A stretch of 17,160 nucleotides of DNA from Spirochaetia bacterium (GCA_025997795.1 BNVB01000054.1:1-17160); one strand, 5' to 3'. Numbered from the stretch's first letter, positions 6,234-14,924 are shown. A program made the numbers and translations. Notes: generated by a model not told the origin, from the letters alone.

Positions 6234-9074
6234 TTATGATGTTCCGCTGTCTGATAGAACTTCGCCATCCGCCGGAACTTCTGCCTGCTCAGCGGCTGCT
6301 TCCGGGCTAGTACGTTTGTTCCGTTTTTTCTTGATATTTTTCTTCGCCCACTTATTAAGCAGCGCCCGGAGGCCGTCATCGGTAAGTTTAAGGCTTTTGC
6401 CGCAATCGGGGCAGACAAAACGGTCCGATTCGTCCAGGTAGTCTTTACGGCAGCCAACACAGTACGTTTTACCGCAGCTGGGGCAGGTTCCGGCGGGCAT
6501 ATCGTCCGGCGGTATGGCATACAGCCGCAGGTTCGCTGCGGGGGCGGCGTTTCGTTCCACCTTCCATTCCCTGTTACATGAAGCGCAGGAAATGGTTCTA
6601 AACAACGCTTCGTTCATCCATGCTTCCAGATCGGAACGGCCTTTGGCGGTTTCTTCGCTTAAATTCAGATCAGAGAGTTGATCGAGGATCATTTTTACTT
6701 CGTCCCACTGGCCCACAAAAGCTTTGGTCCAGCCAAGCTGCAGAAGCGACGGGACATGATTGGGATCGATTTTGAGCGCCGCTTTGACGGCGGCTTCGGC
6801 CCGTTTGTATTCGCCTTTTTTTACCGCCACAAAAGCGATAAGCTCCAGCATATCGGGGTTCAGATCCGGGGGAAAATCGCGGCTGCCGGAACCGGCGGTA
6901 AGCGCATCGTCGGCTTCACCATAACGGTTCATCTCTATAAGGCAGGATCCCCGGTTATAGCGGTATAACATGTTAAGCGGCGCAGCGGCCATAGCCCGGC
7001 GGTAGAGGACATCGGCTTCTTCAAAGCGGCGGGAGCGGACCAAAAGATTACCTGCACAGTTTGCCAAAAGGCCCTCGGGGTCTTCTTCCGGCCGCGATTC
7101 AAGGATCGAAAGGGCCTTGTCTTCCATTCCTTTTAAGTAGAACGAAACCGCCTGGTTAACCCGTACAGCGGGAATGTCTCCCAAAATTGCCGCCGCTTCT
7201 TCAAGACAGCCGGCGGCCAGATCTACTTGACCTTTGCTTAGGGCCGCATGGGCGGCAAGGTTACGAATCCAGCCATAGGTTTGCGGATCTTCTTTTTTAT
7301 CGAATGCCATGGCCGCTTCCAGGTCTGCGGCAAATGCCGGATCATCCGGGTTTTGATAAATAAGAAAACGGTTTTCTGCCAGGCGGAAACGGAAGAGCGG
7401 ATAATCCGGCGCGTACTTGACGGCCTTTTCCAGCAGCGGCAGGGCTTCGTGCCGTTTGCCTTCCCGGACCAGCAATAAGCCCTGCAAAAAATAAATTGCC
7501 GGATCCCGGGCAAAATGTCCGGCCCTACGGATCTGTTCAGCCCGGTCCAGTTGTTCACCGGCGGTTTTCCAGTCCTCTATGCCAAAGGCCCATTTACCGG
7601 TAAGGGCACAGGCCTCCCAGTTATCGCTGCCCAAAAGGCGGAATTTGGGAATCAAAAGCCCCAGTTCCGCATAGAGGTTATCTGCCAAAAAGACACGGCC
7701 CGCCTTGAGGTACCATTTAAGGGCTTCTGCGCTTTGGTTAAGCAGTTCCCGGGCAACGGCGGTATTTTTTGCGGTGATGCCGCTTGTTTCGTCCAGGGCA
7801 AAAGCACGGTCGTAAGCATGGACGGCCTTTTGATAATCCCCGGCATTAAAGTGTGCGTGGCCCAAGAGGTTGTAGAGCGCCGCCGGATCGGCAAAAAGAC
7901 CGGGAGCTTCACCTTCTTTGTCTGCCCATTGGATTAAATCGCCATAGTTTCCCCTGGCATAAAACAGAGCGGCCTTCATATTGTTAAGTTCCGGAAGAAG
8001 TTCCCCCCTTAGCTCGAGGGCTTCTTCCACATAACCCGCCGCTTCGTCCAACTGTTCCAGGGCCATGGCAAGCTTGGAACCCAGGAGCAGTTCTTTTTCC
8101 GTTTTAAAGTGGACATCGGCATTTTCGCTCTGTATCGCCGCCAGTATCACCGCGTCTTCCGCTGTGGCCAGTTCCCGGGAAAGGGCGGCGGCGGCGGATT
8201 CCCTTCCTTCCCAGGCTTTGTGCAGCTGTACCAGTGCGGGATTTACCTGACCCAGGGCAGTAAAGGTTTCCGCCAGCCGTACCCGGTTATCCGGCGGAGC
8301 GCTTAGTTCCAGGGCTTCGTAACAGGCCGCCGTTTCATCAGTCCGGGAATCCAGTTCCAGGGAAAGAAGCGAAGCCAGGGCAGTGAATTCACTCTTTGCA
8401 CCGGGATCGCTGTTGTAAGGAGTGCCGGGGTTATTTTCCCCGCCGACAGCTTCGTAAGATGCGGCAGTAAAGGCAATACGCCCTGCCGGAATAGAGGCAT
8501 CGTTCCAGCTGCCCACCCACTGTCCGTTGATCAACAGTACAAAGCGGCTGCCCCAGGCGGCCAGTTCCAGATCAAAAATGACGGGTTCCCCTGATACCCG
8601 GATACCCGGCGCTTCGGTCCAGCCTGCCAGGGCCAGGGGCACGCCGTTCCGTACCAGATCCAGCCGGAAATAAGCGCGGTTTGACACCAACGCTATATAG
8701 TAGGTCCGCTCGTCCACCATACGAAAGATAAAACCCGCCGCGGCATAAGCGCCCCGGGGATCAAGGCAGATCCGTCCGCTTAGGTGCAAATCCTCGTAGC
8801 GGTAGATCATATCTTCTGCCCAGGCGATACAGTTGGTTTTTTTTACCCCCAGGCAAAGGGCGCCATCGTCCAGATAGGCACGATACAAATTTTCTGATGT
8901 AATAGAAAAACGGACAAGGGGCGGTTTTCCCGGCTTGTCAGGCCGGGAAAAATCGGCCTTCCATTGTTCCTTAACAATTGTATCCGGATCAATTTTCTGG
9001 GGGGTGGATAATCCACGGCCAAAGAGCTTTTTCAAAAAACCGAGCATATAGACAGTGTAACCCAAAAATACCAT
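6234..9074 (-). CDS. Large TPR-repeat protein with an N-terminal lectin/LamG-like (DUF1080-type) domain and a C-terminal double zinc ribbon plus polybasic tail, about 946 aa
   Basis: The ORF is long, clean and GC-rich. Residues about 60-200 (counted from Met at 9074) follow a jelly-roll pattern typical of the DUF1080/ConA-like fold (YYIALVSNRAYFRLDLVRNG...VLLINGQWVGSWNDASIPAGRIAFTA). The middle of the protein holds many TPR-like helices, with repeated A/L/Y/G patterns such as AALFYARGNYGDLIQWA and NLLGHAHFNAGDYQKAVHAYDRAFALD. The C-terminus has four CxxC pairs (CASC...CPSC..CVGC...CPDC) followed by KKNIKKKRNKR. The start is uncertain: the ORF track extends to 9524, but that low-complexity extension overlaps the divergent gene. 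The candidate starts are Met at 9074 or at 9047. Neither has a Shine-Dalgarno sequence. Confidence 0.65.
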   Translation of the reverse strand: MVFLGYTVYMLGFLKKLFGRGLSTPQKIDPDTIVKEQWKADFSRPDKPGKPPLVRFSITSENLYRAYLDDGALCLGVKKTNCIAWAEDMIYRYEDLHLSGRICLDPRGAYAAAGFIFRMVDERTYYIALVSNRAYFRLDLVRNGVPLALAGWTEAPGIRVSGEPVIFDLELAAWGSRFVLLINGQWVGSWNDASIPAGRIAFTAASYEAVGGENNPGTPYNSDPGAKSEFTALASLLSLELDSRTDETAACYEALELSAPPDNRVRLAETFTALGQVNPALVQLHKAWEGRESAAAALSRELATAEDAVILAAIQSENADVHFKTEKELLLGSKLAMALEQLDEAAGYVEEALELRGELLPELNNMKAALFYARGNYGDLIQWADKEGEAPGLFADPAALYNLLGHAHFNAGDYQKAVHAYDRAFALDETSGITAKNTAVARELLNQSAEALKWYLKAGRVFLADNLYAELGLLIPKFRLLGSDNWEACALTGKWAFGIEDWKTAGEQLDRAEQIRRAGHFARDPAIYFLQGLLLVREGKRHEALPLLEKAVKYAPDYPLFRFRLAENRFLIYQNPDDPAFAADLEAAMAFDKKEDPQTYGWIRNLAAHAALSKGQVDLAAGCLEEAAAILGDIPAVRVNQAVSFYLKGMEDKALSILESRPEEDPEGLLANCAGNLLVRSRRFEEADVLYRRAMAAAPLNMLYRYNRGSCLIEMNRYGEADDALTAGSGSRDFPPDLNPDMLELIAFVAVKKGEYKRAEAAVKAALKIDPNHVPSLLQLGWTKAFVGQWDEVKMILDQLSDLNLSEETAKGRSDLEAWMNEALFRTISCASCNREWKVERNAAPAANLRLYAIPPDDMPAGTCPSCGKTYCVGCRKDYLDESDRFVCPDCGKSLKLTDDGLRALLNKWAKKNIKKKRNKRTSPEAAAEQAEVPADGEVLSDSGTS

Positions 9075-9090
9075 ATAAGTCGAGGGAAGT

Positions 9091-10464
9091 ATGGGCAAAG
9101 AGACAATAATCAAGCGGATCCGGCAGGGTCTGGCGGCATTCATTCCAAAACCCGCGGGGAATGCCGGCAGTATAACGGGAACCCGGCTGGGCAAATTCTT
9201 TAGCAAGGCGCGTAGTATCTCTGCCGACAAGGTATTATGGATTTGGGCGCTCCTCATGGTTGCCGGGTTCTTTCTTTTTAGGCTCTTGAGCGGGAACCTT
9301 CCGGGAATGGCAACGACGCTGGTTTTTGCCCAGTATTGGGAAAACCAACTGGAAAGCCAGACCCTTACAAAGCTGGCTGCCGAATTTGAGGAACAGAATC
9401 CGGGAATCGTCATTAAACTGGAAACGATGAGCTGGGATGATATCCGTTTATCCCTGGAAGGAAAGGAAAAACCGGGTGACGATTCCGGCCGCCGTTCTTC
9501 GCAGCCGCCGGATATTTTTAGCATTGATCCCTACGGACTTTATGCCATAACTCCGTACCTGACAGCGGGCGGGGAAGAAAGCAATGTGCTGGCGCTTATT
9601 TCCTTTATCAATCCGCTTTTCTATAATATTGATCTGCTCCAGGCCGCAGGTTTTGACCGGCCGCCAAAAAATCAGACTGAATTACTTTCCTATGTACAGC
9701 GGATAAACCAGACCGCTGGGGCCGGGCAGACCGGATCCGTTTACGGCGCTGGTATCGCCCTTGGCGGCGGGGATCCTCGGCTGTCCTCTAAAGAGGAACC
9801 TCACAATGTAAGCCGCCACCTTCTTTCCTGGATTTGGTCCGCCGCGGGTAATTCCGAAACCGGCAGTTTTAACTTTACTACACCGGAGGTGGTAACGGCG
9901 CTGAACTTTCTTAATCAGCTTAAACAGTACCTGTATCCCAATCCTTTTGCCCTTACCCAAACAGAACTGCTCCGGGCCTTTGGCGAAGGCCGTGTGGGTA
10001 TGATGATAGGATCCTCGGCAGACATACGGGAATTAAAAACCAAAGGTGTCAATTTTGGCATCACCACTATTCCCGGTCCTGAATCGTACACAAAACGTCC
10101 GGTATTTCCCCTTACTGTTTGGTATGCGGGAATTAACGGTAAGAGCGAGTATCAGGAGGCGGCCCGGAAATTCCTTGACTTTCTGCGGGAACGGGCGGGG
10201 AACCTTGCCGCCGCCGCTTATGCGGTTCCCGGCAACGGCCGGCGCAGCCGGGATATGTCCAAAAACGATCTGTTTTATGCCAAGGCCTTTGATATGTACG
10301 AAGCGGGAGAAATGGCCCGGGAATTGTACGATAAACCCGGCGTAACAGAACTGAACAGCATTATCCGGCGGGAAGTGGAGTTGATGTTTAACGGAACTAA
10401 AACTCCCCAGCAATGTGCCGAAGCTATACAACAGGACTGGGAAGAAGTCCGGCTGTCCTCTTAG
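9091..10464 (+). CDS. ABC transporter substrate-binding protein (extracellular solute-binding family 1, sugar-type), with an N-terminal cytoplasmic segment and a single transmembrane anchor
   Basis: A GAGGGAAG site lies 1 nt before the ATG at 9091. The segment KVLWIWALLMVAGFFLFRLLSG is a hydrophobic anchor. The mature part carries the family-1 solute-binding-protein pattern (QYWENQ...LAAEFEEQNPGIVIKLE; YNIDLLQAAGFDRPPKNQTELLSYVQRI; a C-terminal region ending DWEEV). No permease or ATPase gene is adjacent. Confidence 0.7.
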   Translation: MGKETIIKRIRQGLAAFIPKPAGNAGSITGTRLGKFFSKARSISADKVLWIWALLMVAGFFLFRLLSGNLPGMATTLVFAQYWENQLESQTLTKLAAEFEEQNPGIVIKLETMSWDDIRLSLEGKEKPGDDSGRRSSQPPDIFSIDPYGLYAITPYLTAGGEESNVLALISFINPLFYNIDLLQAAGFDRPPKNQTELLSYVQRINQTAGAGQTGSVYGAGIALGGGDPRLSSKEEPHNVSRHLLSWIWSAAGNSETGSFNFTTPEVVTALNFLNQLKQYLYPNPFALTQTELLRAFGEGRVGMMIGSSADIRELKTKGVNFGITTIPGPESYTKRPVFPLTVWYAGINGKSEYQEAARKFLDFLRERAGNLAAAAYAVPGNGRRSRDMSKNDLFYAKAFDMYEAGEMARELYDKPGVTELNSIIRREVELMFNGTKTPQQCAEAIQQDWEEVRLSS

Positions 10465-10467
10465 CTT

Positions 10468-11871
10468 ATGCGGGTCCTGATTACCCCCCATGTTTTTTCC
10501 GGCGATCCCAAATCCGCCGATCAAACGGTAAGAATCCCCGCCTCCAAATCCCACACTATCAGGCGGCTTTTAATGGCTTCCCTTACCGGGGGTCTTTCCC
10601 GCATTGAACATCCCCTTAATTCGCTGGACACCCAATCCTGTGCGGCAGCCTGCCGTATCCTTGCAGAAAGCCGCAGGTCCGAAGCCGCAGCCGCCGCCGA
10701 AGCCGCCGTTGAAGCCGGGGCCGCCGGAAAAAAGGTTTCCGCAGCCCCCCGGCTTATTGATGTGGGCAACTCGGGTACAACGCTGTTTCTAGCCATTGCC
10801 GCAGCGGCGCTGGGTTCATCCCCGCTTACCTTTACCGGGGATGAACAAATCGCCAGGCGTTGTGCGGGACCCCTGCTCGCCGCCCTTGCGGGATTGGGGG
10901 TATCGGTTTATTCCGGCAGCGGCCCCGGCGGCGATACGGGTTATATCCCCATCACGGTATGCGGCCCCTGGAAGGGCGGCCGGATAAGCCTTTCCTGCCC
11001 CACCAGCCAGTACCTTTCGGCGCTGCTTCTTGCGGCCCCCCTGGCCCCCGCCGGAACAGTTACCCAGATCGATGTACCCCTCTTAAACGAAAAACCCTAT
11101 GTGGAAATGACCTTGTCGTATCTGGCGGCCCAGGGATTGTACAAGGCGGATTGTTCCGGACACATTAGCGCGGCGGCGGATTTTTCTTTTTTCCGCATAG
11201 AAGGCGGCGCTGCCTATACGCCAATACATGGCCCCGTACCGGGAGATTTTTCTTCCGCCGCCTTTCCCGCCGCCGCGGCGATCATTTCAGGCGGCGCCGT
11301 TACCCTGCGGGGTCTTGACCCCGCAGACACCCAGGGCGACAAGGTGTTTTTTGAACACCTTGTTACCATGGGCGCTGGAGTACAATGGAAGGGCGGCGAT
11401 GTTACCGTATCACGGCCCGGCAAACTGCGGGGCGGAACTTTCGACCTTAACGATACGCCGGATATGCTGCCAATCATGGCCGTTTTGGCCGCCTATGCCG
11501 AAGGAGAAACTTCCCTGGTCAACGCCGCTCATGCCCGGATAAAGGAAACAGACCGCATAGCTGTCATGGCGGCGGAACTGCAAAAACTGTTTCCCCCCAG
11601 CAGATCCGGTTCCGTTATCTGCGAGGAAAGATCCGACGGCCTTGTCATACATGGCCGGGGAATGGCGGAAACCAGGGTTCCAACTTTAGTGGAAACCGGA
11701 GGCCCGCTGATCCTTAACGGTCATGGCGATCACCGTGTTGTGATGGCCCTGGCCTGTGCTGCACTGGGACTTCCCGCCGGGGCAGGGCCGGTGGAAATCA
11801 GCGGAGCGGAAGCTGCGGACGTAACCTACCCGGGCTTCTTGGAACTGTTGGGCGGAAGGTCTTATACTTAA
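10468..11871 (+). CDS. aroA: 3-phosphoshikimate 1-carboxyvinyltransferase (EPSP synthase)
   Basis: The conserved motifs are present: IPASKSHTIRRLLMASLTGG, the SLDT (SDDT-like) motif, LIDVGNSGTTLFL, and the C-terminal region RIKETDRIAVMAAEL...HGDHRVVMA. The gene starts 3 nt after the stop of the preceding gene. It contains a low-complexity Ala/Glu-rich insertion (SRRSEAAAAAEAAVEAGAAGKK). Confidence 0.85.
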   Translation: MRVLITPHVFSGDPKSADQTVRIPASKSHTIRRLLMASLTGGLSRIEHPLNSLDTQSCAAACRILAESRRSEAAAAAEAAVEAGAAGKKVSAAPRLIDVGNSGTTLFLAIAAAALGSSPLTFTGDEQIARRCAGPLLAALAGLGVSVYSGSGPGGDTGYIPITVCGPWKGGRISLSCPTSQYLSALLLAAPLAPAGTVTQIDVPLLNEKPYVEMTLSYLAAQGLYKADCSGHISAAADFSFFRIEGGAAYTPIHGPVPGDFSSAAFPAAAAIISGGAVTLRGLDPADTQGDKVFFEHLVTMGAGVQWKGGDVTVSRPGKLRGGTFDLNDTPDMLPIMAVLAAYAEGETSLVNAAHARIKETDRIAVMAAELQKLFPPSRSGSVICEERSDGLVIHGRGMAETRVPTLVETGGPLILNGHGDHRVVMALACAALGLPAGAGPVEISGAEAADVTYPGFLELLGGRSYT

Positions 11872-11874
11872 TCA

Positions 11875-13413
11875 ATGCGCATAATCATTGTTGGTGCGGG
11901 ACTGGTGGGGACCCAGCTGGCCCGGCACTTGATCGAAGAAAAGCACGACATCGCCATTATTGAGGCAAACGAAGAACGGGCCCGCCATGTGTCCAACCGG
12001 CTTGACTGCATGGTACTCCAGGACGAGGGCAATTCCATCAACGCACTGGAAGAAGCGGGTATTGCCAAAGCAGAAGCCCTTATCTGCGTTACCGATTCTG
12101 ATGAAGTAAATATGATTATCTGCGGCCTGGCTTCGCGGTACCCCAAGCTGCTTAAAATTGCCCGGGTACGGAACGATGAATATGTACGGCGGAATTTTCA
12201 AAACCAGGTGGAAGCAGGGGCGCCGCCCATGGGAATCGATTACTTTGTTCATCCCGATGTGGAAGCGGCCCGGTCCGCCCTGGATGCCATAGAACACGGG
12301 GCCATTGGCAACATTCTTTCCTTTGCCGGAAGTCCCTACGAACTGGGAACCATCGACGTGGCGGCCCATTCCGCCTTTGACGGCCTTACCCTTAAAGATT
12401 TCAGGACAATCCTTGAAGGCGAAAGCCTTATCACCCTTGTAGAACGAAAGGGCAAAAGTTTTCTTCCCACCGGTTCCACAAAACTCCAGGCGGATGACCG
12501 GATCTATCTGCTTGCCAAAGAAGAGGAGTTAAACGAAGGTTTTAAACTTGCGGGCCGTTCAGAAAAACCAATCCACAAAATAGGCATTGTGGGCGGCGGA
12601 CGGCTTGGTTCCCTTATTGCCGCAGGACTGTTAAGCAAAGAACGGCGTAAACCCAATGAAGCGGCCGGTTCCGGAATGGATGCGGCCGGTGGTTTTGAAG
12701 CGGATGGAACAGAAAGAAAAAAAGCCAGGGGCTTCTTTTCTTTTTTAAAGACGCTCGTTCCCCGGGGTTTCAAAAAAGTGCTTATCATTGAACAGGATTA
12801 TGGAATCTGCAAGGATTTGGCCGCCCGTTTTCCCGATGCGTTAATTCTAAACGAAGATATTTCCGACGAAAGTTTTGTAGCCGAAGAACATATTGACGAT
12901 CTGGATCTTATCGTTACCGCCACGGATCTTCAGGAACTCAACATTATAACTGCAGTGTACCTTAAATCCCGCGGTGTAACCCGGACCATCGCCATGGTAA
13001 CCGGATCGGGTTATGCCGCCATTGCACGGCAGCTGGGAGTAGATGTGGTAATTCCCATGAAAGATGTGGTGGTCGATTCAATTCTTTCAAAATTGATGGG
13101 CGGCGGCGTAAAGGGAGTACACCGCCTGGGAGACGGCACTGTGGGAATTCTGGAAATTGATATAAACCCCGGTTCCCAGCCGGAGGGTAAATCGCTTAAG
13201 GACTTCCACCTGCCCGAGGGCGCGCTTGTAATGCTGGTAAACCGCGGCGTGGAAGTTGACTTTATTCCCCGGGGCGGTTATGTATACACCGCCGGCGACC
13301 GTATTCTTCTTATTGCCCGCAACGGAAGCGAAATGGACATTGAAAGAATTTTTAGCAGCCCTGTTAAAGGTACGTCTGTCAAAGACGAACCTGCCAAAGG
13401 AAACGCCAAATGA
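11875..13413 (+). CDS. trkA: Trk potassium uptake system NAD-binding subunit TrkA (tandem KTN-KTC-KTN-KTC)
   Basis: The N-terminus is MRIIIVGAGLVGTQLARHL (a GxGxxG Rossmann motif). A second Rossmann domain begins KIGIVGGGRLGSLIAAGL. Each Rossmann domain is followed by a TrkA-C domain. A roughly 50-aa low-complexity insert follows the second GxGxxG. The ATG lies 3 nt after the aroA stop. Confidence 0.9.
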   Translation: MRIIIVGAGLVGTQLARHLIEEKHDIAIIEANEERARHVSNRLDCMVLQDEGNSINALEEAGIAKAEALICVTDSDEVNMIICGLASRYPKLLKIARVRNDEYVRRNFQNQVEAGAPPMGIDYFVHPDVEAARSALDAIEHGAIGNILSFAGSPYELGTIDVAAHSAFDGLTLKDFRTILEGESLITLVERKGKSFLPTGSTKLQADDRIYLLAKEEELNEGFKLAGRSEKPIHKIGIVGGGRLGSLIAAGLLSKERRKPNEAAGSGMDAAGGFEADGTERKKARGFFSFLKTLVPRGFKKVLIIEQDYGICKDLAARFPDALILNEDISDESFVAEEHIDDLDLIVTATDLQELNIITAVYLKSRGVTRTIAMVTGSGYAAIARQLGVDVVIPMKDVVVDSILSKLMGGGVKGVHRLGDGTVGILEIDINPGSQPEGKSLKDFHLPEGALVMLVNRGVEVDFIPRGGYVYTAGDRILLIARNGSEMDIERIFSSPVKGTSVKDEPAKGNAK

Positions 13414-14864
13414 AACGGCGGGCCATGTTCCGGCTCCTTACGCTGCTTGTTTCGCTCGTTGCCCTTTCCATGGCCGCGCCCCTCCTCTTGGCTTTGTGCC
13501 TTGGTGAAATTGCCATGGCAAAGGCCTTTGGCCTTACCATGACAGCGGCGCTGATTTTTTCCGCGCCGGTGCTTATCGCCACCCGGTCCCAGCCCATACG
13601 TTTTACCGCCTCCGATGGTTTTCTCCTGGTGTTTCTTGCCTGGGTCGGCGCCTGCCTTTTGGGCGCTGTTCCCTATTATGTATCGCAGTATATTCCGGAT
13701 TTAACAAATGCCGTGTATGAAAGCGTGTCGGGCTTTACCACCACCGGTTCTTCTATTATCACCGACCTTAACGTTATGCCCCGGTCGCTGATCTTTTGGC
13801 GGGCAGAAACTCACTGGCTGGGGGGCATGGGAATGGTGGTACTTACCGTGGCCCTGCTTCCTCTTTTGGGAGTCGGCGGTTTCCAGCTTCTTAAAGCGGA
13901 AACCCCCGGACCCGGCAAAGAACGGATAACCCCAAAAATTACCGAAACGGCAAAGCTGCTGTGGCTTATGTATATTATCCTTACTGCGGTAGAAGCGCTG
14001 TTCCTTTTTCTGGCGGGAATGAATGTTTTTGATGCGGTAATCCACGCATTTTCCACCATAGCCACCGGCGGTTTTAGTTCCCGGAACGAAAGCATCGCCT
14101 ACTATCAATCGCCCTCCATAGAATGGATCATCACGATTTTTATGATCATTGCGGGTTTTAATTTTTCACTTCTTTTTAGGATCATCCAGCGGAAGTTCCG
14201 GGAAGTGTACTACAACAGCGAAGCCCGGGCCTATATGTTGATCATCCTTGCCGCCGGAATCCTAACGGCCCTTTCCCTTAGTGCAAGCGGTTCCGCCGAT
14301 GCCCCCGACACAGAAACCACCCTTAGGCACAGTTTTTTTTATACTGCCAGCATTCTTACCACTACGGGATTTACTGCGGCGGGACACAAGCTGTGGCCCG
14401 CCCTGGCCCAGGGGATACTTTTTCTTCTTATGTGGATAGGCGGCTGTTCGGGGTCCACCGCCGGGGGTATCAAGGTAGTGCGCCATGTGGTGCTTTTTAA
14501 ACAAATGAAAAATGAAATGCGAAAAATCATTTTTCCCCGGGGTGTTTTTTCCGTCCGGCTTAACAATAAAGTTGGCCGGAAAGATGTGGTCTACGGCGTA
14601 TCGGGATTTATTTTTCTCTACCTTATTCTAATTGCACTGGGGGCCCTGGTTACCGCCAGCTCGGGCCTGGATTTTTATTCTTCCTTTAGCGTTTCACTTA
14701 TCAGCATTGGCAACGTAGGCCTGGGACTGGGGCAGATAGGATCACCGGCGGTTTTTTTGGCCCTTCCGGGTTATGTAAAGTGGTTTCTTTCCTTCCTTAT
14801 GATAGCTGGACGGCTGGAACTGTGGACAGCGCTGGTTTTTTTAACCAGGGATTATTGGCGGTAA
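13410..14864 (+). CDS. trkH: Trk potassium uptake system membrane subunit TrkH
   Basis: Selectivity-filter-like glycine motifs recur at the ends of the re-entrant loops (SGFTTTGSSI, TGGFSSRNES, TTTGFTAAG, IGNVGLGLGQ). The protein is polytopic. The start codon overlaps the trkA stop (ATGA at 13410-13413). Confidence 0.9.
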   Translation: MKRRAMFRLLTLLVSLVALSMAAPLLLALCLGEIAMAKAFGLTMTAALIFSAPVLIATRSQPIRFTASDGFLLVFLAWVGACLLGAVPYYVSQYIPDLTNAVYESVSGFTTTGSSIITDLNVMPRSLIFWRAETHWLGGMGMVVLTVALLPLLGVGGFQLLKAETPGPGKERITPKITETAKLLWLMYIILTAVEALFLFLAGMNVFDAVIHAFSTIATGGFSSRNESIAYYQSPSIEWIITIFMIIAGFNFSLLFRIIQRKFREVYYNSEARAYMLIILAAGILTALSLSASGSADAPDTETTLRHSFFYTASILTTTGFTAAGHKLWPALAQGILFLLMWIGGCSGSTAGGIKVVRHVVLFKQMKNEMRKIIFPRGVFSVRLNNKVGRKDVVYGVSGFIFLYLILIALGALVTASSGLDFYSSFSVSLISIGNVGLGLGQIGSPAVFLALPGYVKWFLSFLMIAGRLELWTALVFLTRDYWR

Positions 14865-14900
14865 GGGAAAGGCAATGGGGGCTTAGCTTTTCTCTTGACA
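14824..14900. repeat. Direct repeat copy 1: the last 12 codons of trkH, its stop and a TTGACA -35 element (core 14829-14884 plus 12 extra bp plus TTGACA)
   Basis: The sequence GGACAGCGCTGGTTTTTTTAACCAGGGATTATTGGCGGTAAGGGAAAGGCAATGGGGGCTT[agcttttctctt]GACA matches 15625-15690. The differences are three substitutions, one 1-nt indel and one 12-nt indel. Confidence 0.9.
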
Positions 14901-14924
14901 TTTTTGTCCTATTTAAGGTATCAT
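14895..14924 (+). promoter_or_regulatory. Sigma70-like promoter (TTGACA, 18 nt, TATCAT) driving the inserted two-gene cassette
   Basis: TTGACA at 14895-14900 is followed by an 18-nt spacer and TATCAT at 14919-14924. This is about 30 nt upstream of the orf57 ATG at 14956, which has a G-rich ribosome-binding site (GGGGGTAGATAG). Confidence 0.5.

Noticed and set aside
6218-8500. Multiple 60-140 aa ORFs on both strands inside the TPR gene (e.g. 6218-6520, 6678-6968, 7238-7558, 7515-7937, 8109-8306)
   Set aside because: These are GC-rich alternative-frame artefacts nested in a 2.8 kb ORF with recognisable domains. None has start signals or recognisable motifs.
9075-9524. N-terminal 150-aa extension of the large minus-strand ORF (start at 9524)
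   Set aside because: It overlaps the plus-strand binding-protein gene for more than 400 bp. It encodes S/P/R-rich low-complexity sequence. An internal Met at 9074 or 9047 gives a coherent protein.
9682-10607. Minus-strand ORFs 9682-9960 and 10033-10554 and the small plus-strand alternative frames across the junction of the binding-protein gene and aroA
   Set aside because: They are antisense or alternative-frame artefacts within GC-rich, well-supported genes.
13811-14566. Minus-strand ORFs inside trkH (13701-14108, 13811-14095, 14262-14504, 14339-14566)
   Set aside because: They are antisense to a confidently identified TrkH gene. Their translations are basic, low-complexity junk.
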